Assembly (NCBI GenBank): GCA_050273025.1
Contig: CP158635.1
Coordinates: 32,550,001 to 32,614,000 of the forward strand
Direction: 5' to 3'
DNA length: 64,000 nucleotides
Origin: Cenococcum geophilum
Lineage: Eukaryota
Shown here: piece by piece, positions 63,433-64,000 of the stretch
How positions within the stretch are numbered: the stretch's first letter is position 1
How the letters are laid out: every line of letters starts with the position of its first letter
Notes under the pieces: model-generated
Databases searched by the model: none
What the model was told of the DNA's origin: nothing
The model's input: only the letters and a program-made list of their open reading frames with translations
Position numbers and translations under genes: made by a program

Positions 63433-64000
63433 TTAACCAAATTTCTCGGAAAGTAAAGAAACTGAGGCAGCAGTACTCGAAGCTAATGGCTCTTTGGAAG
63501 CATCACCGTTCGTAGTGTTAGGCATCGGAATAGGGCCGCCGGGCGAGTCCGGCAGCCTTGCTGTCAAAATCTCAACGCCATTCTCCGTAACCAGAAGAGT
63601 ATGTTCTAGAATAGACCATTAGCAAAGTAAAGAGGCTCCAAGGTTAGATGGATGTCAACATACCAAACTGAGCTGTGCGGGATCCATCCTGGGTAGCACT
63701 TGTCCAATCATCTGGCCAAGTCTTGTCCTTATGTGTACCCAAGCTAATCATAGGTTCGATAGTAAAGCACATGCCTGGCTTCGCTTGTCCAACGGCCTTG
63801 TTCTTTGCGTAGTGAGGGACATTTGGTGCGCAATGGAACAATTGGTTTATTCCATGACCACAATATGTCTTGATAACACTGCAGTTGCGGGACTTTGCGT
63901 GCTTTTCTATGACAGTCCCTGGATCTCGGAAGAGCATTCCTGGCTTGACAATCTTAATGGACTCATCAAGACACTCTCTTGCAGTCTCTACGACCCTTAC
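63433..64000 (-). CDS. MAP1: Methionine aminopeptidase 1, 3' part
   Basis: YCGHGINQLFHCAPNVPHY, GMCFTIEPMI, WPDDWTSAT.DGSRTAQF|EHTLLVTENGVEILTAR. Confidence 0.95.

Noticed and set aside
1..64000. Starship, secondary-metabolite cluster, rRNA or tRNA genes
   Set aside because: No tyrosine-recombinase captain, backbone enzyme or structural RNA recognised by eye; tRNAscan and Infernal were not run

Overview
Fungal (Pezizomycotina, probably Dothideomycete-like; taxon is inferred) chromosomal window with an intron-containing core gene block between two AT-rich blocks of nested transposons degraded by RIP (about 1-18.6 kb and 45.7-54.3 kb). Host genes: 3' part of a GRE2-like NAD(P)-dependent reductase, CCC1/VIT1, a TPP1/Est3-like OB-fold protein, FAB1, an ACSF3-like acyl-CoA synthetase, BolA, a GPR1/FUN34 (ATO) transporter, an AAA ATPase, a small Ser-rich protein, a small mitochondrial-type protein, PRP17, ERV14/cornichon (absent from the ORF track) and the 3' end of MAP1. 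Most transposons can be delimited by terminal repeats and target-site duplications (TSDs): Gypsy, Copia, solo LTRs, piggyBac, hAT, Fot1/pogo, Tc1 and a MITE. Most notable observations: (i) a spliced antisense Zn2Cys6-like/coiled-coil ORF between pol and the PPT of a Gypsy family, seen in two diverged copies; (ii) a 1.25 kb element with an 8-bp TSD whose two ends each carry a ~132-bp inverted-repeat module; (iii) a HET-domain pseudogene hit by several insertions; (iv) an apparent GA-AG intron in BolA. All reading was manual; no database searches were run.
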